Assembly: GCA_002422315.1 (NCBI GenBank)
Contig: DIUJ01000049.1
Location: 83,799-147,798, forward strand
Origin: Bacteroidetes bacterium UBA6161
Lineage (GTDB): Bacteria; Bacteroidota; Bacteroidia; NS11-12g; UBA955
Length of the DNA: 64,000 nucleotides
Direction: 5' to 3'
Shown here: positions 25,090 through 35,694 of the stretch, in pieces
Layout: every line of letters starts with the position of its first letter
Numbering within the stretch: position 1 is the first letter of the stretch
The notes under the pieces: generated by a model
Databases searched by the model: none
Seen by the model: only the letters and a program-made list of their open reading frames with translations
Told to the model about the DNA's origin: nothing
Translations under genes and position numbers: made by a program

Positions 25090-27136
25090 ATACATTAATA
25101 GGGAACTAAGCTGGCTATACTTTAACGAGCGCGTTTTACAAGAAGCCACCGACCCCTCTGTTCCTTTATTCGAAAGATTAAAGTTTCTTGGTATTTTTTC
25201 TAGCAATCAAGACGAGTTTTTTAGAGTGAGAGTTGCTACGAACAAAAGGCTTCTTCAAATGAAAAAAACAGATTTTGACGAAGGCCAGAAAAAACAAGAA
25301 ATCAAAGAAATGCTTGCAAAAATTCAATCGGAGGTTGCAAGACTTCAAAAAAAATTTGATATAGTTTATTTTCAATTGTTAGAAGAATTGAAAAGCGAAC
25401 AAATCTACTGGCTAAATGAAAAAAAGCTTAGTATGGTGCAACTTCAAGATATCAAAAAGTATTTCAAAGAAGAAATTCTCTCTACTTTATTTCCTTTGAT
25501 TCTAAATGACGATACACCTTTTCCTAATTTAAAGGATGCCGCAATATATTTAGCAGTAAGAATGTATAACGATGGGGATAACAAAGAAAAATACGCATTG
25601 GTAGAACTACCTAAAACTAAAAACAGATTCTTTATTATTCCTAGTACAGATGGCAATTCTTATGTAATTTTTCTAGACGATGTTATAAGGCTGAATCTAC
25701 AAAATTTATTTAGCAGCTTTAATTTCGATCATTTCGAAGCCTATACAATTAAAATTACAAGAGACGCGGAACTAAATTTTGATGTGGATTTTAGCGGAAA
25801 TATGTTTGATAAAATGAAAAAAGTTCTAAAGCAAAGAAAAGTTGGAAACCTGGTTCGTTTTGTTCACGACAAAGAAATGCCACCCCAAATGCTAAAGTTC
25901 TTTGTTAAAAAAATGCATTTGCAGAAAGATAGTATACATGCAGGGCAGAGATATCATAATTTTAAAGACCTTATTAAGTTCCCAAGTTTACTCCCTAAGA
26001 AAAAATTTGTTTATCCAAGCTTAAAACCAATTCCTATAAATGAGCTAGATGCTGCAAAAAGCCTTTTTGCAAAAATTGCAATGAAGGACTTTATGATGGC
26101 TCATCCTTATCAATCTTTTGACTATGTGGTGCGTTTTCTTAGAGAAGCTGCCTTGGACCCCGCCGTTCATACCATCCGAATTACTTTGTATAGGGTAGCA
26201 GAACACTCCAATGTAGTAAATGCCCTTATAAATGCTGTGAAAAATGGCAAAAAAGTAATTGTTTTAATGGAACTTAAAGCAAGATTTGATGAAGAATCCA
26301 ACCTTTACTGGAGCGATAAATTAGTAGAAGCAGGTGCACAAGTATTTTTTGGGTATGAAAAATTAAAAGTTCACTCCAAAGTTTGTTTGGTGTATAGAAA
26401 AGAAGGATTTTTTGACAAACTGTATGCCCATATAGGTACAGGCAATTACAATGGAATTACTTCCAAACAATATTGTGATTTGGGTATATTTACATCTAAT
26501 CCACAAATAACCAATGATTTGGAAAAGGTATTTGAATTAATCGACAACATAGATAATTTTAATTTAAATTTTCAAAATATCTTAGTGGCTCCCATAAACC
26601 TAAAATCCTCTTTGCTGCAAAAAATTGAACAAGAAATTCAATTTGCAAAACAAGGTAAAACAGCTTGGGTAAGATTTAAAATGAATAGCTTAGTAGATTT
26701 TGATTTAATAAACAAATTATACGAGGCCTCCAATGCTGGTGTAAAAATAAGCTTGATTGTTAGAGGTATTTGCTGCCTTGTACCTGGGGTAAAAGGAATG
26801 AGTGAGAATATAGAGGCTATTAGTATAATTGATAAGTTCTTAGAACATACTAGAATTTATTGGTTTTGCAACAATGGCAACGAACAACTATACACTGGTA
26901 GTGCTGACCTAATGACCAGAAATTTAGAACATAGGGTAGAAGTAGTAATACCCATACTGGATGCCAACGTGCTAGAAGATATAAAACAATACTTCTTGAT
27001 TCAATGGGCAGATAACTGCAAAGCAAGGGTTATAGACCAAGAACAAAAAAACAATTATAGAAGTCCTGGAATACCGAAAATTAGGGCACAAGAAGAATAC
27101 TATGCATATTTACAAGCAAAATATACCGATATATAA
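25070..27136 (+). CDS. ppk1: Polyphosphate kinase 1
   Basis: N-terminal YINRELSWLYFNERVLQEA. Two PLD-like HxK regions (KVHSKVCLV; FLEHTRIYWF). Length 688 aa. Confidence 0.9.
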   Translation: MQRKENKYINRELSWLYFNERVLQEATDPSVPLFERLKFLGIFSSNQDEFFRVRVATNKRLLQMKKTDFDEGQKKQEIKEMLAKIQSEVARLQKKFDIVYFQLLEELKSEQIYWLNEKKLSMVQLQDIKKYFKEEILSTLFPLILNDDTPFPNLKDAAIYLAVRMYNDGDNKEKYALVELPKTKNRFFIIPSTDGNSYVIFLDDVIRLNLQNLFSSFNFDHFEAYTIKITRDAELNFDVDFSGNMFDKMKKVLKQRKVGNLVRFVHDKEMPPQMLKFFVKKMHLQKDSIHAGQRYHNFKDLIKFPSLLPKKKFVYPSLKPIPINELDAAKSLFAKIAMKDFMMAHPYQSFDYVVRFLREAALDPAVHTIRITLYRVAEHSNVVNALINAVKNGKKVIVLMELKARFDEESNLYWSDKLVEAGAQVFFGYEKLKVHSKVCLVYRKEGFFDKLYAHIGTGNYNGITSKQYCDLGIFTSNPQITNDLEKVFELIDNIDNFNLNFQNILVAPINLKSSLLQKIEQEIQFAKQGKTAWVRFKMNSLVDFDLINKLYEASNAGVKISLIVRGICCLVPGVKGMSENIEAISIIDKFLEHTRIYWFCNNGNEQLYTGSADLMTRNLEHRVEVVIPILDANVLEDIKQYFLIQWADNCKARVIDQEQKNNYRSPGIPKIRAQEEYYAYLQAKYTDI

Positions 27137-27145
27137 AAAAGCACT

Positions 27146-27820
27146 ATGCTAAACGAAACTACTTTTCAATTTTTTAGGGAACTTAGAGAAAATAACCACA
27201 AAGAATGGTTTGATTTAAATAGACCAAGGTACGAATTGGTTAAAAAAGATTATCATGCTTTAGTGAAAAAAGTATTGGCAATAATCCATGAATTTGACCC
27301 CAGAGTATCCGACTTGGAAGTAAAAGATTGTACCTTTAGAATTAACAAAGATATTCGTTTTTCAAAAGACAAAAGCCCATACAAAACACATTTGGGAATA
27401 GCCGTAAATCCATTTGGAAAAAAAATGGAAACTCCTAGCTATTACATTCACTTAGATGAAAAAGGGGGTTCTTTTGTTGGTGGCGGGTTGTATATGCCTC
27501 AGGGCCCAACTCTAAAGAAAATTCGCAAAGAAATAAGCAACTATTCTGAAGATTTTGAATCCATATTATTGGATAAAAACTTCAAAAAACATTTTGGGAA
27601 ATTAGATGAAGAAGAAGCTATAAAGCTAAAGCGTCCACCTCAAGGCTACGACGAAAACTCTCCTGGTTTGGAGTGGCTAAAATTTAAAAGTTTTACTGCT
27701 ACATACCCTCTTACTTTGCAAGATATAAAGGATAGTAATTGGGAAGAAAAAATAAAACAAAGCCTCCAAGCACTAAAGCCTTTTTTAGATTTTTTGAATA
27801 GGGGAATAACGGAAAATTAA
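27146..27820 (+). CDS. DUF2461 (TIGR02453) family protein
   Basis: FFRELRENNHKEWFDLNRPRYE...FRINKDIRFSKDKSPYKTH pattern as I remember it for this family. Confidence 0.65.
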   Translation: MLNETTFQFFRELRENNHKEWFDLNRPRYELVKKDYHALVKKVLAIIHEFDPRVSDLEVKDCTFRINKDIRFSKDKSPYKTHLGIAVNPFGKKMETPSYYIHLDEKGGSFVGGGLYMPQGPTLKKIRKEISNYSEDFESILLDKNFKKHFGKLDEEEAIKLKRPPQGYDENSPGLEWLKFKSFTATYPLTLQDIKDSNWEEKIKQSLQALKPFLDFLNRGITEN

Positions 27821-27835
27821 AAAAACTTGTGTTTA

Positions 27836-28573
27836 TCACACATACCTTATTATTTGGGCTAGTGCGGTAAGTATAATAATGCCTAAAACAATGTAACGAA
27901 AAACATTTTCAGAAGTTCGTTTTAATATCATTTTGCCTATATAACTCCCTACAATACTAATGCCTATTAAAAAAGGGATAAGGAATACGTATTCTTTTTG
28001 AAAATATCCATTGCCTACATACACTATAGCTCTACTCGTATCTACGCCAAGGTCTATAAGTGCAGAGGTGGCAATAAAAATCTCTTTAGGTAGCTGAAAT
28101 GCCGCAAGGGTTATTCCTCTTATAGCTCCGCCAGTGCCCGCTATACCCGCTACAAACCCAGAGAGTATGCCTCCTATGTATAGGTTTTGGTTGGATTGTT
28201 GTATGGGTTTATTAAATCTTGTTAATAGATAAACAGCCAACAACACAAGGGCAATATTCATTAACAGTACAATGTGTTTGGTAGGTATAAGAGTGGTTAT
28301 AAAAGCGCCTAAAACAACAAATAACACAGCAGGAATCCCTAGTTTTAGCACTATTTCCTTGTTTATTCCTTTTCTAAAGAACACAATTTTAGCTAAATTG
28401 CTAAAAACATGAAAAACCGCAGTGATACCCAAAACTGTTTTGAAGTCGAAAAAAAGAGAGGCAACAGGCACAAATAAAATGGAGGAACCAAAACCAGAAA
28501 TTGTTCCGAGAATTTCCGATACAAAGGCTAAAATTACAAAGAGATAGTATTTTTCTTCCATTCCTAAATTCAT
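27836..28573 (-). CDS. TauE/SafE-family anion exporter-like membrane protein
   Basis: 245 aa, about 7-8 TM. Duplicated GxGGG-type segments (GTISGFGSS; IAGTGGAIRG). Confidence 0.65.
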   Translation of the reverse strand: MNLGMEEKYYLFVILAFVSEILGTISGFGSSILFVPVASLFFDFKTVLGITAVFHVFSNLAKIVFFRKGINKEIVLKLGIPAVLFVVLGAFITTLIPTKHIVLLMNIALVLLAVYLLTRFNKPIQQSNQNLYIGGILSGFVAGIAGTGGAIRGITLAAFQLPKEIFIATSALIDLGVDTSRAIVYVGNGYFQKEYVFLIPFLIGISIVGSYIGKMILKRTSENVFRYIVLGIIILTALAQIIRYV

Positions 28574-28794
28574 TTTTTACAATAGTTGCAAAATGATTCT
28601 TGTTGGTATTTCCATGTAAGAATCAAAGCACTACAAGAGTAAGTGATTTTAAATACTTTGTCAAGAGATATTTAGAAAAAACAAAATACAAAAGAGAAAT
28701 TATTGTTCCAATATCCATAAAGCAAAATTTCCTTTTGTTTTTATTATGTTGACAGATTTATTGGAATAATTCTTTGGACTAAAGTCAAAATCTA

Positions 28795-28802
28795 TATTTT
28801 TG
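28795..28802 (+). promoter_or_regulatory. -7 promoter box (TAnnTTTG) for parC
   Basis: tatttttg lies ~63 nt upstream of ATG 28865. Confidence 0.45.
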
Positions 28803-28864
28803 CTGCAAAGGGCATGTTGTACACAAAAACACCTTGCATTTTTAGTGTTTTATAAATTTAAAGA

Positions 28865-31741
28865 ATGAACAACGATCACTTCGACAATCCGGAAGACTTA
28901 GAAAATGAATTTTCGATGGACGAGAACCAAGAGGAGGGTTCTGTGCAAGAAACACCGCTGCCCGGTGGTGTTTTACCTGTTACAGGCTTGTACCAAAATT
29001 GGTTTTTAGACTACGCCTCTTATGTAATTCTTGAAAGGGCTGTTCCAGATATAAACGATGGATTAAAACCAGTGCAAAGAAGAATTTTGCACGCCATGAA
29101 AGAAATGGACGATGGTAGGTTTAACAAAGTGGCCAACATAATTGGTCAAACCATGCAGTACCATCCTCATGGAGACGCAGCCATAGGCGACGCTATGGTA
29201 AATATGGGCCAAAAAGAACTGCTTATAGAAACCCAAGGAAACTGGGGAGATATTAGAACAGGAGACAGTGCCGCAGCCCCCAGGTATATCGAAGCACGCT
29301 TGTCGGCTTTTGCCTTGGAGGTACTTTTCAATAACCAAACTACAAAGTGGGTAAACTCTTACGATGGTAGAAAAAAAGAACCCCTAAGTCTTCCTGTTAA
29401 ATTCCCGCTAATTTTAGCACAAGGGGTAGAAGGCATTGCAGTAGGTTTGGCTACCAAAATAATGCCCCATAATTTTAGAGAATTATGTGCAGCCTCTATA
29501 GATGTTCTAAAAGGTAAAAATCCAGATATTTTCCCCGATTTTATGACAGGTGGAATGGCCGATTTTACCCATTACAACGGTGGTAAAAAAGGTGGTAAAA
29601 TAAGGGTTAGGGCTAGAATAGAACAGGCAGAAGGCAAACGATTGCTCATCAAAGAAATTCCCTTTGGAACCACCACCGGCTCACTTATAGATTCCATTCT
29701 TAAAGCAAATGACAATGGGAAAATAAAGATTAAAAAAGTAGTAGACAACACCGCCAAGGATGTAGAAATCGAAATACTTTTAGTACCAGGGGTTAGCCCA
29801 GAAATGACCATAGACGCGCTGTATGCATTTACAGATTGCGAAGTGTCTATTTCTCCCAATGCCTGCGTAATTATAGACGATAAACCAGTGTTTATTTCGG
29901 TTTTGGAAATGCTAAAACTTAGCACCAATAAAACTGTAAATCTTCTGAAAAGAGAATTGGAAATAAGACTTGGGGAACTTCAAGAAAAATGGCATTTTAG
30001 TTCTTTGGAGAAAATATTTATTGAAGAAAGAATATACCGCAATATAGAAGATTGTGAAACTTGGGAAGAAATCATACAAACCATTGACAAGGGATTAGAA
30101 CCATTTAAACCTAAATTGTGGAGAGAGGTAACAACCGAGGATATAACCAAACTTACAGAAATTAGAATTAAAAGAATTTCTAAATTTGATTCGTTTAAAG
30201 CCGATGAACTGTTGTTGGCTATAGAAAAACAGATAGAAGAAGTAAAGCATCATTTAGAAAATCTGATAGAATACGCCATAGACTATTTTGAGAATTTACT
30301 TAAAAAATATGGCAAAGGAAAAGAAAGAAAAACAGAAATAAGGTTGTTTGATACCATAGAAGCAAATATAGTAGCGGTAGCAAACGAAAAATTATATGCA
30401 AACTTTGCAGAGGGTTTTGTAGGTACTGGTCTCAAAAAAGACGAATATATATGCGATTGTTCGGATATAGACGACATTATAGCTTTTCGTAAAGATGGCA
30501 AATACATGGTAAGCAAAGTGGCCGATAAACTCTTTATGGGCAAAGACCTTATACATGTAGATGTATTTAGAAAAAACGATGACCGCAAAGTTTACAATGT
30601 GGTGTACTTAGATGGTAAAAGCAAAGTAGCCTTCGTGAAAAGATTTAATGTAATGAGCATAATTCGCGATAAAGAATACGATTTGGGTTTAGGAACTACT
30701 GGTTCTAAAGTTTTGTATTTTACCGCTAATTACAACTCTGAAGCAGAAAAAGTGGGAGTGTATTTAAGCACTTTGGCCAAAGCTAGGGTTAAGTTTTTTG
30801 AATACAATTTTGCAGATCTCACAATTAAAGGAAGAAATTCTAGAGGAAATACGCTAACAAGACAGCCTGTTAGAAAAATTGAACTTACTGAAAAAGGAGT
30901 TTCTACCGAAAAAGGACGCGAATTATACTTTGAACGCGAAATAGGCAGACTGAATGTGGATGGAAGGGGAGAATACCTTGGGGTTTTTACCTCCGATGAG
31001 AAAATTCTCGCTGTTTATAAAGAAGGAAGTTACGAACTTACGAACAACGAACTTACCAATAAATACGAAGACAAAGACCTTCTCTTTCTTCAAAAATACC
31101 ATAGTTCTCAAGCTATATCTGCAGTGCATTTCGACCCCGACGCAAAAGCAGTTTTTGTGAAAAGATTCAAAGTAGAAACGAGTACTCTTGCAAGAAAATT
31201 TATTTTCATCTCTGAGAAAAAGGGTGCAAAACTATTGGCTGCTTCTACTTTCGATTCTCCAGAAATAGAGCTAATTACCAAAAATGGAAGAGGCGAAAAA
31301 ACCAAAGAAATTATAAAAATAGCTGATTTTATTGATGTAAAAGGTTGGAAAGCAAATGGAAATAAACTGACCGCAGACCCCGTTTTGTCTGTTAAACTTT
31401 TGTCGCCTTTGGTTGGTGAAATTAAAGCAGAAGAGATAGAGAATATTGCAGAAATAGAAGAAGATTTCTTAGAAATAGAGGAAAATAGCGAGGAAGCTAC
31501 TGTAATCGAAAATTCAGAAAAATCTGAAATTGAGACTAAAGAAAAAGAATCCGAAACTACGAAAGAAAAGACCGAAGAAAAGTTGCCACAGAAACCCAAG
31601 TTGGATATAAAACCTAAATTAGACATTAAGCCAAAAGACAAGTTTCCTGAAATTAAAATGACGGTTACAGACAGTAGAACCAAAAAAATAGAAGACGATG
31701 GTGCCGATACCCTAGGTCAAAAAAGCCTTTTTGATATATAA
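28865..31741 (+). CDS. parC: DNA topoisomerase IV subunit A (GyrA/ParC family) with long charged C-terminal tail
   Basis: DGLKPVQRRIL, YHPHGD and the active-site region AAAPRYIEARL. The last ~110 aa are low-complexity E/K-rich with tandem KPKLDIKPKLDIKPK. ParC versus GyrA is inferred from the sequence style of Bacteroidota ParC. Confidence 0.8.
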   Translation: MNNDHFDNPEDLENEFSMDENQEEGSVQETPLPGGVLPVTGLYQNWFLDYASYVILERAVPDINDGLKPVQRRILHAMKEMDDGRFNKVANIIGQTMQYHPHGDAAIGDAMVNMGQKELLIETQGNWGDIRTGDSAAAPRYIEARLSAFALEVLFNNQTTKWVNSYDGRKKEPLSLPVKFPLILAQGVEGIAVGLATKIMPHNFRELCAASIDVLKGKNPDIFPDFMTGGMADFTHYNGGKKGGKIRVRARIEQAEGKRLLIKEIPFGTTTGSLIDSILKANDNGKIKIKKVVDNTAKDVEIEILLVPGVSPEMTIDALYAFTDCEVSISPNACVIIDDKPVFISVLEMLKLSTNKTVNLLKRELEIRLGELQEKWHFSSLEKIFIEERIYRNIEDCETWEEIIQTIDKGLEPFKPKLWREVTTEDITKLTEIRIKRISKFDSFKADELLLAIEKQIEEVKHHLENLIEYAIDYFENLLKKYGKGKERKTEIRLFDTIEANIVAVANEKLYANFAEGFVGTGLKKDEYICDCSDIDDIIAFRKDGKYMVSKVADKLFMGKDLIHVDVFRKNDDRKVYNVVYLDGKSKVAFVKRFNVMSIIRDKEYDLGLGTTGSKVLYFTANYNSEAEKVGVYLSTLAKARVKFFEYNFADLTIKGRNSRGNTLTRQPVRKIELTEKGVSTEKGRELYFEREIGRLNVDGRGEYLGVFTSDEKILAVYKEGSYELTNNELTNKYEDKDLLFLQKYHSSQAISAVHFDPDAKAVFVKRFKVETSTLARKFIFISEKKGAKLLAASTFDSPEIELITKNGRGEKTKEIIKIADFIDVKGWKANGNKLTADPVLSVKLLSPLVGEIKAEEIENIAEIEEDFLEIEENSEEATVIENSEKSEIETKEKESETTKEKTEEKLPQKPKLDIKPKLDIKPKDKFPEIKMTVTDSRTKKIEDDGADTLGQKSLFDI

Positions 31742-31749
31742 CTTTAAGA

Positions 31750-32982
31750 ATGAAACTGCCTTTCTCCCTCTTATCACTGCTTTTTATCCTTCCTTTTATT
31801 AAGCTAAATGCCAATACTGAAGTTAAAATTCAAAAACAATCTATTACTTTAATTGCAAATGAACTTTCTGTTTTGGTATTTGATTTTCCGGTAAATACCT
31901 TGGTGGTTAGAAGTTTAAATCAAGTTAATTCATTTGATTTAGATATTCGAATAGCAAACAAAAGCTATACTATTCAAAGCCTTGACGAACATGCCGATTC
32001 TATACAGTCTAACTTATTGGTTTTTGAAAGCAACAATTCGATAGAAATACAGAGTAAATTTTCTCAAATGGTAGAAATTATTGGAATGTATGTTCCTCCA
32101 ATTAGTCCCATAATTGCGCAAATACATAGGAGAACGAGTTGCGAAGAACCTGAGAATATTGTTCCTCAAAGTGTATGGAGAGCAGGATTGCCAGACCCTA
32201 TTCCGGGTAGGGTTAAAACTACCACCCATCACTGCGTAGTTCACCATGCAGCTTCCGACAATTCCAATACAAACTATACCCAACTTGTTCGCTCTTTTTA
32301 TACCCTTCATACCCAAGTAAACGGATGGGACGATATAGGTTACAACTACCTTATAGCTCCAAATGGAGATATTTATGCCGGAAGAGATCCGGAGTTGTTT
32401 TTTATTCAACAACACAATGTGCAAGGTGCTCACTTTTGTAGTAAAAATACCAATACTATGGGGGTTTGTTTAATTGGAAATTATACCCAATTGGCTCCAA
32501 GTGATACCATGATGGAGTCTTTAGAAAAACTCCTGACTTGGAAATATGTTTTAGATACACTTATGCCTACTAAAAGCTTTCCCCATCCTTTTCCTTCTGG
32601 TGCAGACTTGCCTTCATTAGTAGGTCATAGAGACGGTTGTGCCACTCAATGTCCAGGAGATAGTGTATATATTCGATTGTCGGATTTTAGGAATAAACTA
32701 CAAGATAATTTTAATGCTTGTTTGCCTTGGGTTGGTTCAGTTCGAAGTTATTCTAGTTCTAGTTTTAAAATTTACAACAACCTAAACCAATGGAACATTG
32801 ATGGACAAAATATAGAAGATATAGAAGTTTACAATATTTTGGGTCACAAATTAGATTATACAACAATTCAAACTAATGAAAATTCAATAACTATACAGAT
32901 AGCATCTAATCCAAGTCAATTGTTAATCTTTAAGATAAAACAAAATGCTATGTTGTATTCTTATAAAACCTTTCAATTTTAA
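31750..32982 (+). CDS. Secreted N-acetylmuramoyl-L-alanine amidase (Amidase_2/PGRP domain) with probable T9SS sorting tail
   Basis: Signal peptide. HHCVVHHAAS...GWDDIGYNYLIAPNGDIYAGR...GHRD...CPG motifs. C-terminal VYNILGHKL...LLIFKIK resembles a sorting domain. Confidence 0.7.
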   Translation: MKLPFSLLSLLFILPFIKLNANTEVKIQKQSITLIANELSVLVFDFPVNTLVVRSLNQVNSFDLDIRIANKSYTIQSLDEHADSIQSNLLVFESNNSIEIQSKFSQMVEIIGMYVPPISPIIAQIHRRTSCEEPENIVPQSVWRAGLPDPIPGRVKTTTHHCVVHHAASDNSNTNYTQLVRSFYTLHTQVNGWDDIGYNYLIAPNGDIYAGRDPELFFIQQHNVQGAHFCSKNTNTMGVCLIGNYTQLAPSDTMMESLEKLLTWKYVLDTLMPTKSFPHPFPSGADLPSLVGHRDGCATQCPGDSVYIRLSDFRNKLQDNFNACLPWVGSVRSYSSSSFKIYNNLNQWNIDGQNIEDIEVYNILGHKLDYTTIQTNENSITIQIASNPSQLLIFKIKQNAMLYSYKTFQF

Positions 32983-33015
32983 AATTAAAAAACATATTCA
33001 AGTTATCGGTGTTGT

Positions 33016-33639
33016 ATGAATATGATTATACGATCCTCCGATATTGCACAATGGGAAAGATTTTATCGTGCTAATTTCATCAATTCGCTTACGGCATATA
33101 AACCTGCGGTTTTAATAGGTACTCAAAATGGGGAAGGGCTTCACAACTTAGCTATTTTTAGTAATGTATTTCACTTAGGAGCCGACCCCGCGCTTATAGG
33201 ATATATACAAAGACCCATTGGGCAAAGTGGCCATACCTATACGAATATAAAAGAAACAGGCTACTATACCATGAATTTAGTCCACGAAGAGATAGTAGAA
33301 AAAGCACACTACAGTTCAGCTAGATTCGACAAAGGGGTGTCTGAATTTGAAGAAACAAATCTAACGGCAGAGTATATAGACGGATTTTTAGCTCCCTTCG
33401 TAAAAGAGTCAAAAATAAAATTTGGATTAGAGTTTGTACAAGAGATTCCTATTGAATTAAACAATACTATAATGGTTATAGGGAAAATAAATGTTGTACA
33501 AATAGAAGAAGACATGGTAGAATCAGATGGTAATATAGATGCTGCAAGTGCTAAAATTGTTGCAACATTGGGCCTGGAAAAATATATGCAGGTAGGCAAT
33601 TTTATAAAACTACCCTACGCAAACGTAAAGGGGAAATAA
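33016..33639 (+). CDS. Flavin-reductase-like (FMN-binding split-barrel) protein
   Basis: YKPAVLIGT..G..NLAIFS...GADPAL...HTYTNI pattern resembles flavin reductase-like domain proteins. Confidence 0.55.
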   Translation: MNMIIRSSDIAQWERFYRANFINSLTAYKPAVLIGTQNGEGLHNLAIFSNVFHLGADPALIGYIQRPIGQSGHTYTNIKETGYYTMNLVHEEIVEKAHYSSARFDKGVSEFEETNLTAEYIDGFLAPFVKESKIKFGLEFVQEIPIELNNTIMVIGKINVVQIEEDMVESDGNIDAASAKIVATLGLEKYMQVGNFIKLPYANVKGK

Positions 33640-33696
33640 AGGAAAATTTTAAAATTAAGCTACTCTATTCTGGTAATAAATCAAAAAATAAAAAAA

Positions 33697-33721
33697 AGGC
33701 GGAAATTACTCCGCCTTTTTT
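33697..33721. terminator. Bidirectional intrinsic terminator between convergent genes
   Basis: Stem aggcgga/tccgcct (33697-33703 / 33710-33716), 6-nt loop, A-run upstream and T-run downstream. Confidence 0.8.
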
Positions 33722-33743
33722 ATGTTATATTTTTTGAATTAAA

Positions 33744-35642
33744 TTATTTAACTCCGTGCATCCATTTGGAAATGATTGGTCCTAATAAGAAAAGTAAAGC
33801 ACCACATCCAATGGCAAACATGCCCAATAAACCAAAAACATTTAGCCCTTTAAAAAGAGATTGATTCTTGATATAATTGTCTATAGACTCAGAGGGGGTT
33901 CCAACAAGTAGTTTTTCATATTCCTCTTTATTAGCTACTCTAAGTGTAGTAGATTCTCCTTCTACAAGGTAAGAAACAGTTGCAGAACCAATTATTTCAT
34001 CCCTTTTTTTACCTGTATATTTCTCCGCTTCTTGCTCAATTTCTTCAATTACAACAGTAGAACGGTTGTATGTTTTACCAGAAAGAGAAGAAAGAGAGGC
34101 AATAAAACCATCGGAAGTAATTAATTTAGAAGTTGGTTTTTCTTCAATAAAATCTAGATTTTCTTTCTGAGAGATTAGTTTTTTGAAAACAGGTTCAACC
34201 TCACTGTTTTGGAATTCTTTTGAAGAAAGAATGGTTTTTTCGCTTACCGTGGTTAGCTTAGCTATATGTTTACCAGCTTGGTGAGCAATAGAGGAGGATA
34301 AAAACCAGATTCCAAACATAAATCCAACCATTTGTTTTGGAGATAGTTTTGTTACTAAAGAAAGCCCTACCGGGGATAGAACAAGTTCTCCAATGGTATG
34401 TAGAAGATAAAGAAGAACCATAAACATAGCAGGAAGCATGCCTCCTTTAGCCGAAGCTCCACCAAATTTAAGCACCAAAAATCCCAGACCTAATAAAGCC
34501 AATCCAACGCCAAATTTATAAGGAGCGGAAGGTTCTTTGCCGGCATTAGATAATTTAATCCAAATCCAAGAGAAAATAGGAGCAAATGCCATAATAAACA
34601 GTGGATTAAAAGATTGGAAGAAAGTTGTTTTTATTTCTAGTCCAAACAATTCTCTGTTTATATTTCTAGCAGTAAAAAGGCTTAATGCAGAGCCTGCAAG
34701 TTCGAAGAATGTCCAAAATACAGTAGTGAACATTAACAAAATTACGATTACCCAAATTCGTTGTTTTGCAACTTTTTCCATTTTGGAAGCTTGGTACAAT
34801 AAAAAACCAATTACGCCCACGGCCAAAACCGTAAGAAGTTTATCAACAAAATCATTTTGAATAATTAAAATCCAAGCAAGTCCAACCATGATGGCAGTTG
34901 CCACAAAAGGAAGAATTTTATTTGGAATAAAAGAAACCACAGGTTTTTTAACTTCCTCGTCTGGTCCTATGCCTATATTTTCATAAATTCCTTGTTTCTG
35001 ACCCCAAAGGAAAACAAGATAGCCAACAAGCATTCCCACGCCAGCTGCTAAGAAACCATATTGCCATCCTTCATTTTCGCCTATTGCACCACAGGTAAGA
35101 GGGGCAAGAAAAGCACCCATGTTTATACCCATGTAGAAAAGGGTAAAAGCACCGTCTCTTCTTTTGTCGCCTTCTGCATAAAATCTTCCTACCATACTGG
35201 AAATATTGGGTTTAAAGAAACCATTTCCTACTACCAATAAAGCCAATCCTAAATAGAAAGTGGTTTGGTTGTTCATAAATAAGGTAAACTGACCAATTGC
35301 CATTAGAATAGCTCCCATAGAAATAGCCTTTCTAAAACCCATTAACTTGTCGGCAAAATAACCACCAATAAGAGGTGTGAGATAAACGAGTGCTCCGTAT
35401 GCACCGTATATACCATAGGATTTTGCATCGTCAAACTTAAAACCACCGTCAATTATATCGGCTGTCATGTATAGAATTAAAAGTGCACGCATACCATAGT
35501 AGCTAAAGCGCTCCCATAATTCTACCATAAATAGCACAAATAAGGCTTTTGGATGGATTTTCTTGTTAGAAAAAATAACAAAGCTAACCCATGCAGCTAC
35601 GCCTAGCCAAGCAATGAGCATTAAATTGTAGTCTGGATTCAT
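33744..35642 (-). CDS. POT/PTR2-family di/tripeptide:proton symporter with ~136-aa soluble insertion before the last TM
   Basis: PTR2 signature WERFSYYGMRALLILYM and FYMGINMGAF. Insertion at about 33846-34253. Confidence 0.85.
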   Translation of the reverse strand: MNPDYNLMLIAWLGVAAWVSFVIFSNKKIHPKALFVLFMVELWERFSYYGMRALLILYMTADIIDGGFKFDDAKSYGIYGAYGALVYLTPLIGGYFADKLMGFRKAISMGAILMAIGQFTLFMNNQTTFYLGLALLVVGNGFFKPNISSMVGRFYAEGDKRRDGAFTLFYMGINMGAFLAPLTCGAIGENEGWQYGFLAAGVGMLVGYLVFLWGQKQGIYENIGIGPDEEVKKPVVSFIPNKILPFVATAIMVGLAWILIIQNDFVDKLLTVLAVGVIGFLLYQASKMEKVAKQRIWVIVILLMFTTVFWTFFELAGSALSLFTARNINRELFGLEIKTTFFQSFNPLFIMAFAPIFSWIWIKLSNAGKEPSAPYKFGVGLALLGLGFLVLKFGGASAKGGMLPAMFMVLLYLLHTIGELVLSPVGLSLVTKLSPKQMVGFMFGIWFLSSSIAHQAGKHIAKLTTVSEKTILSSKEFQNSEVEPVFKKLISQKENLDFIEEKPTSKLITSDGFIASLSSLSGKTYNRSTVVIEEIEQEAEKYTGKKRDEIIGSATVSYLVEGESTTLRVANKEEYEKLLVGTPSESIDNYIKNQSLFKGLNVFGLLGMFAIGCGALLFLLGPIISKWMHGVK

Positions 35643-35694
35643 ATATTTTTTTTAAATTTTGTTCAGTTGGCGAAAGTAATAAAAAATAATTGCC

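Noticed and set aside
31108-31683. 191-aa minus-strand ORF antisense to the 3' end of parC
   Set aside because: It lies wholly inside the well-supported parC frame. Its S/F/I-rich low-complexity translation mirrors the E/K-rich repeats on the sense strand. There is no start context or motif.
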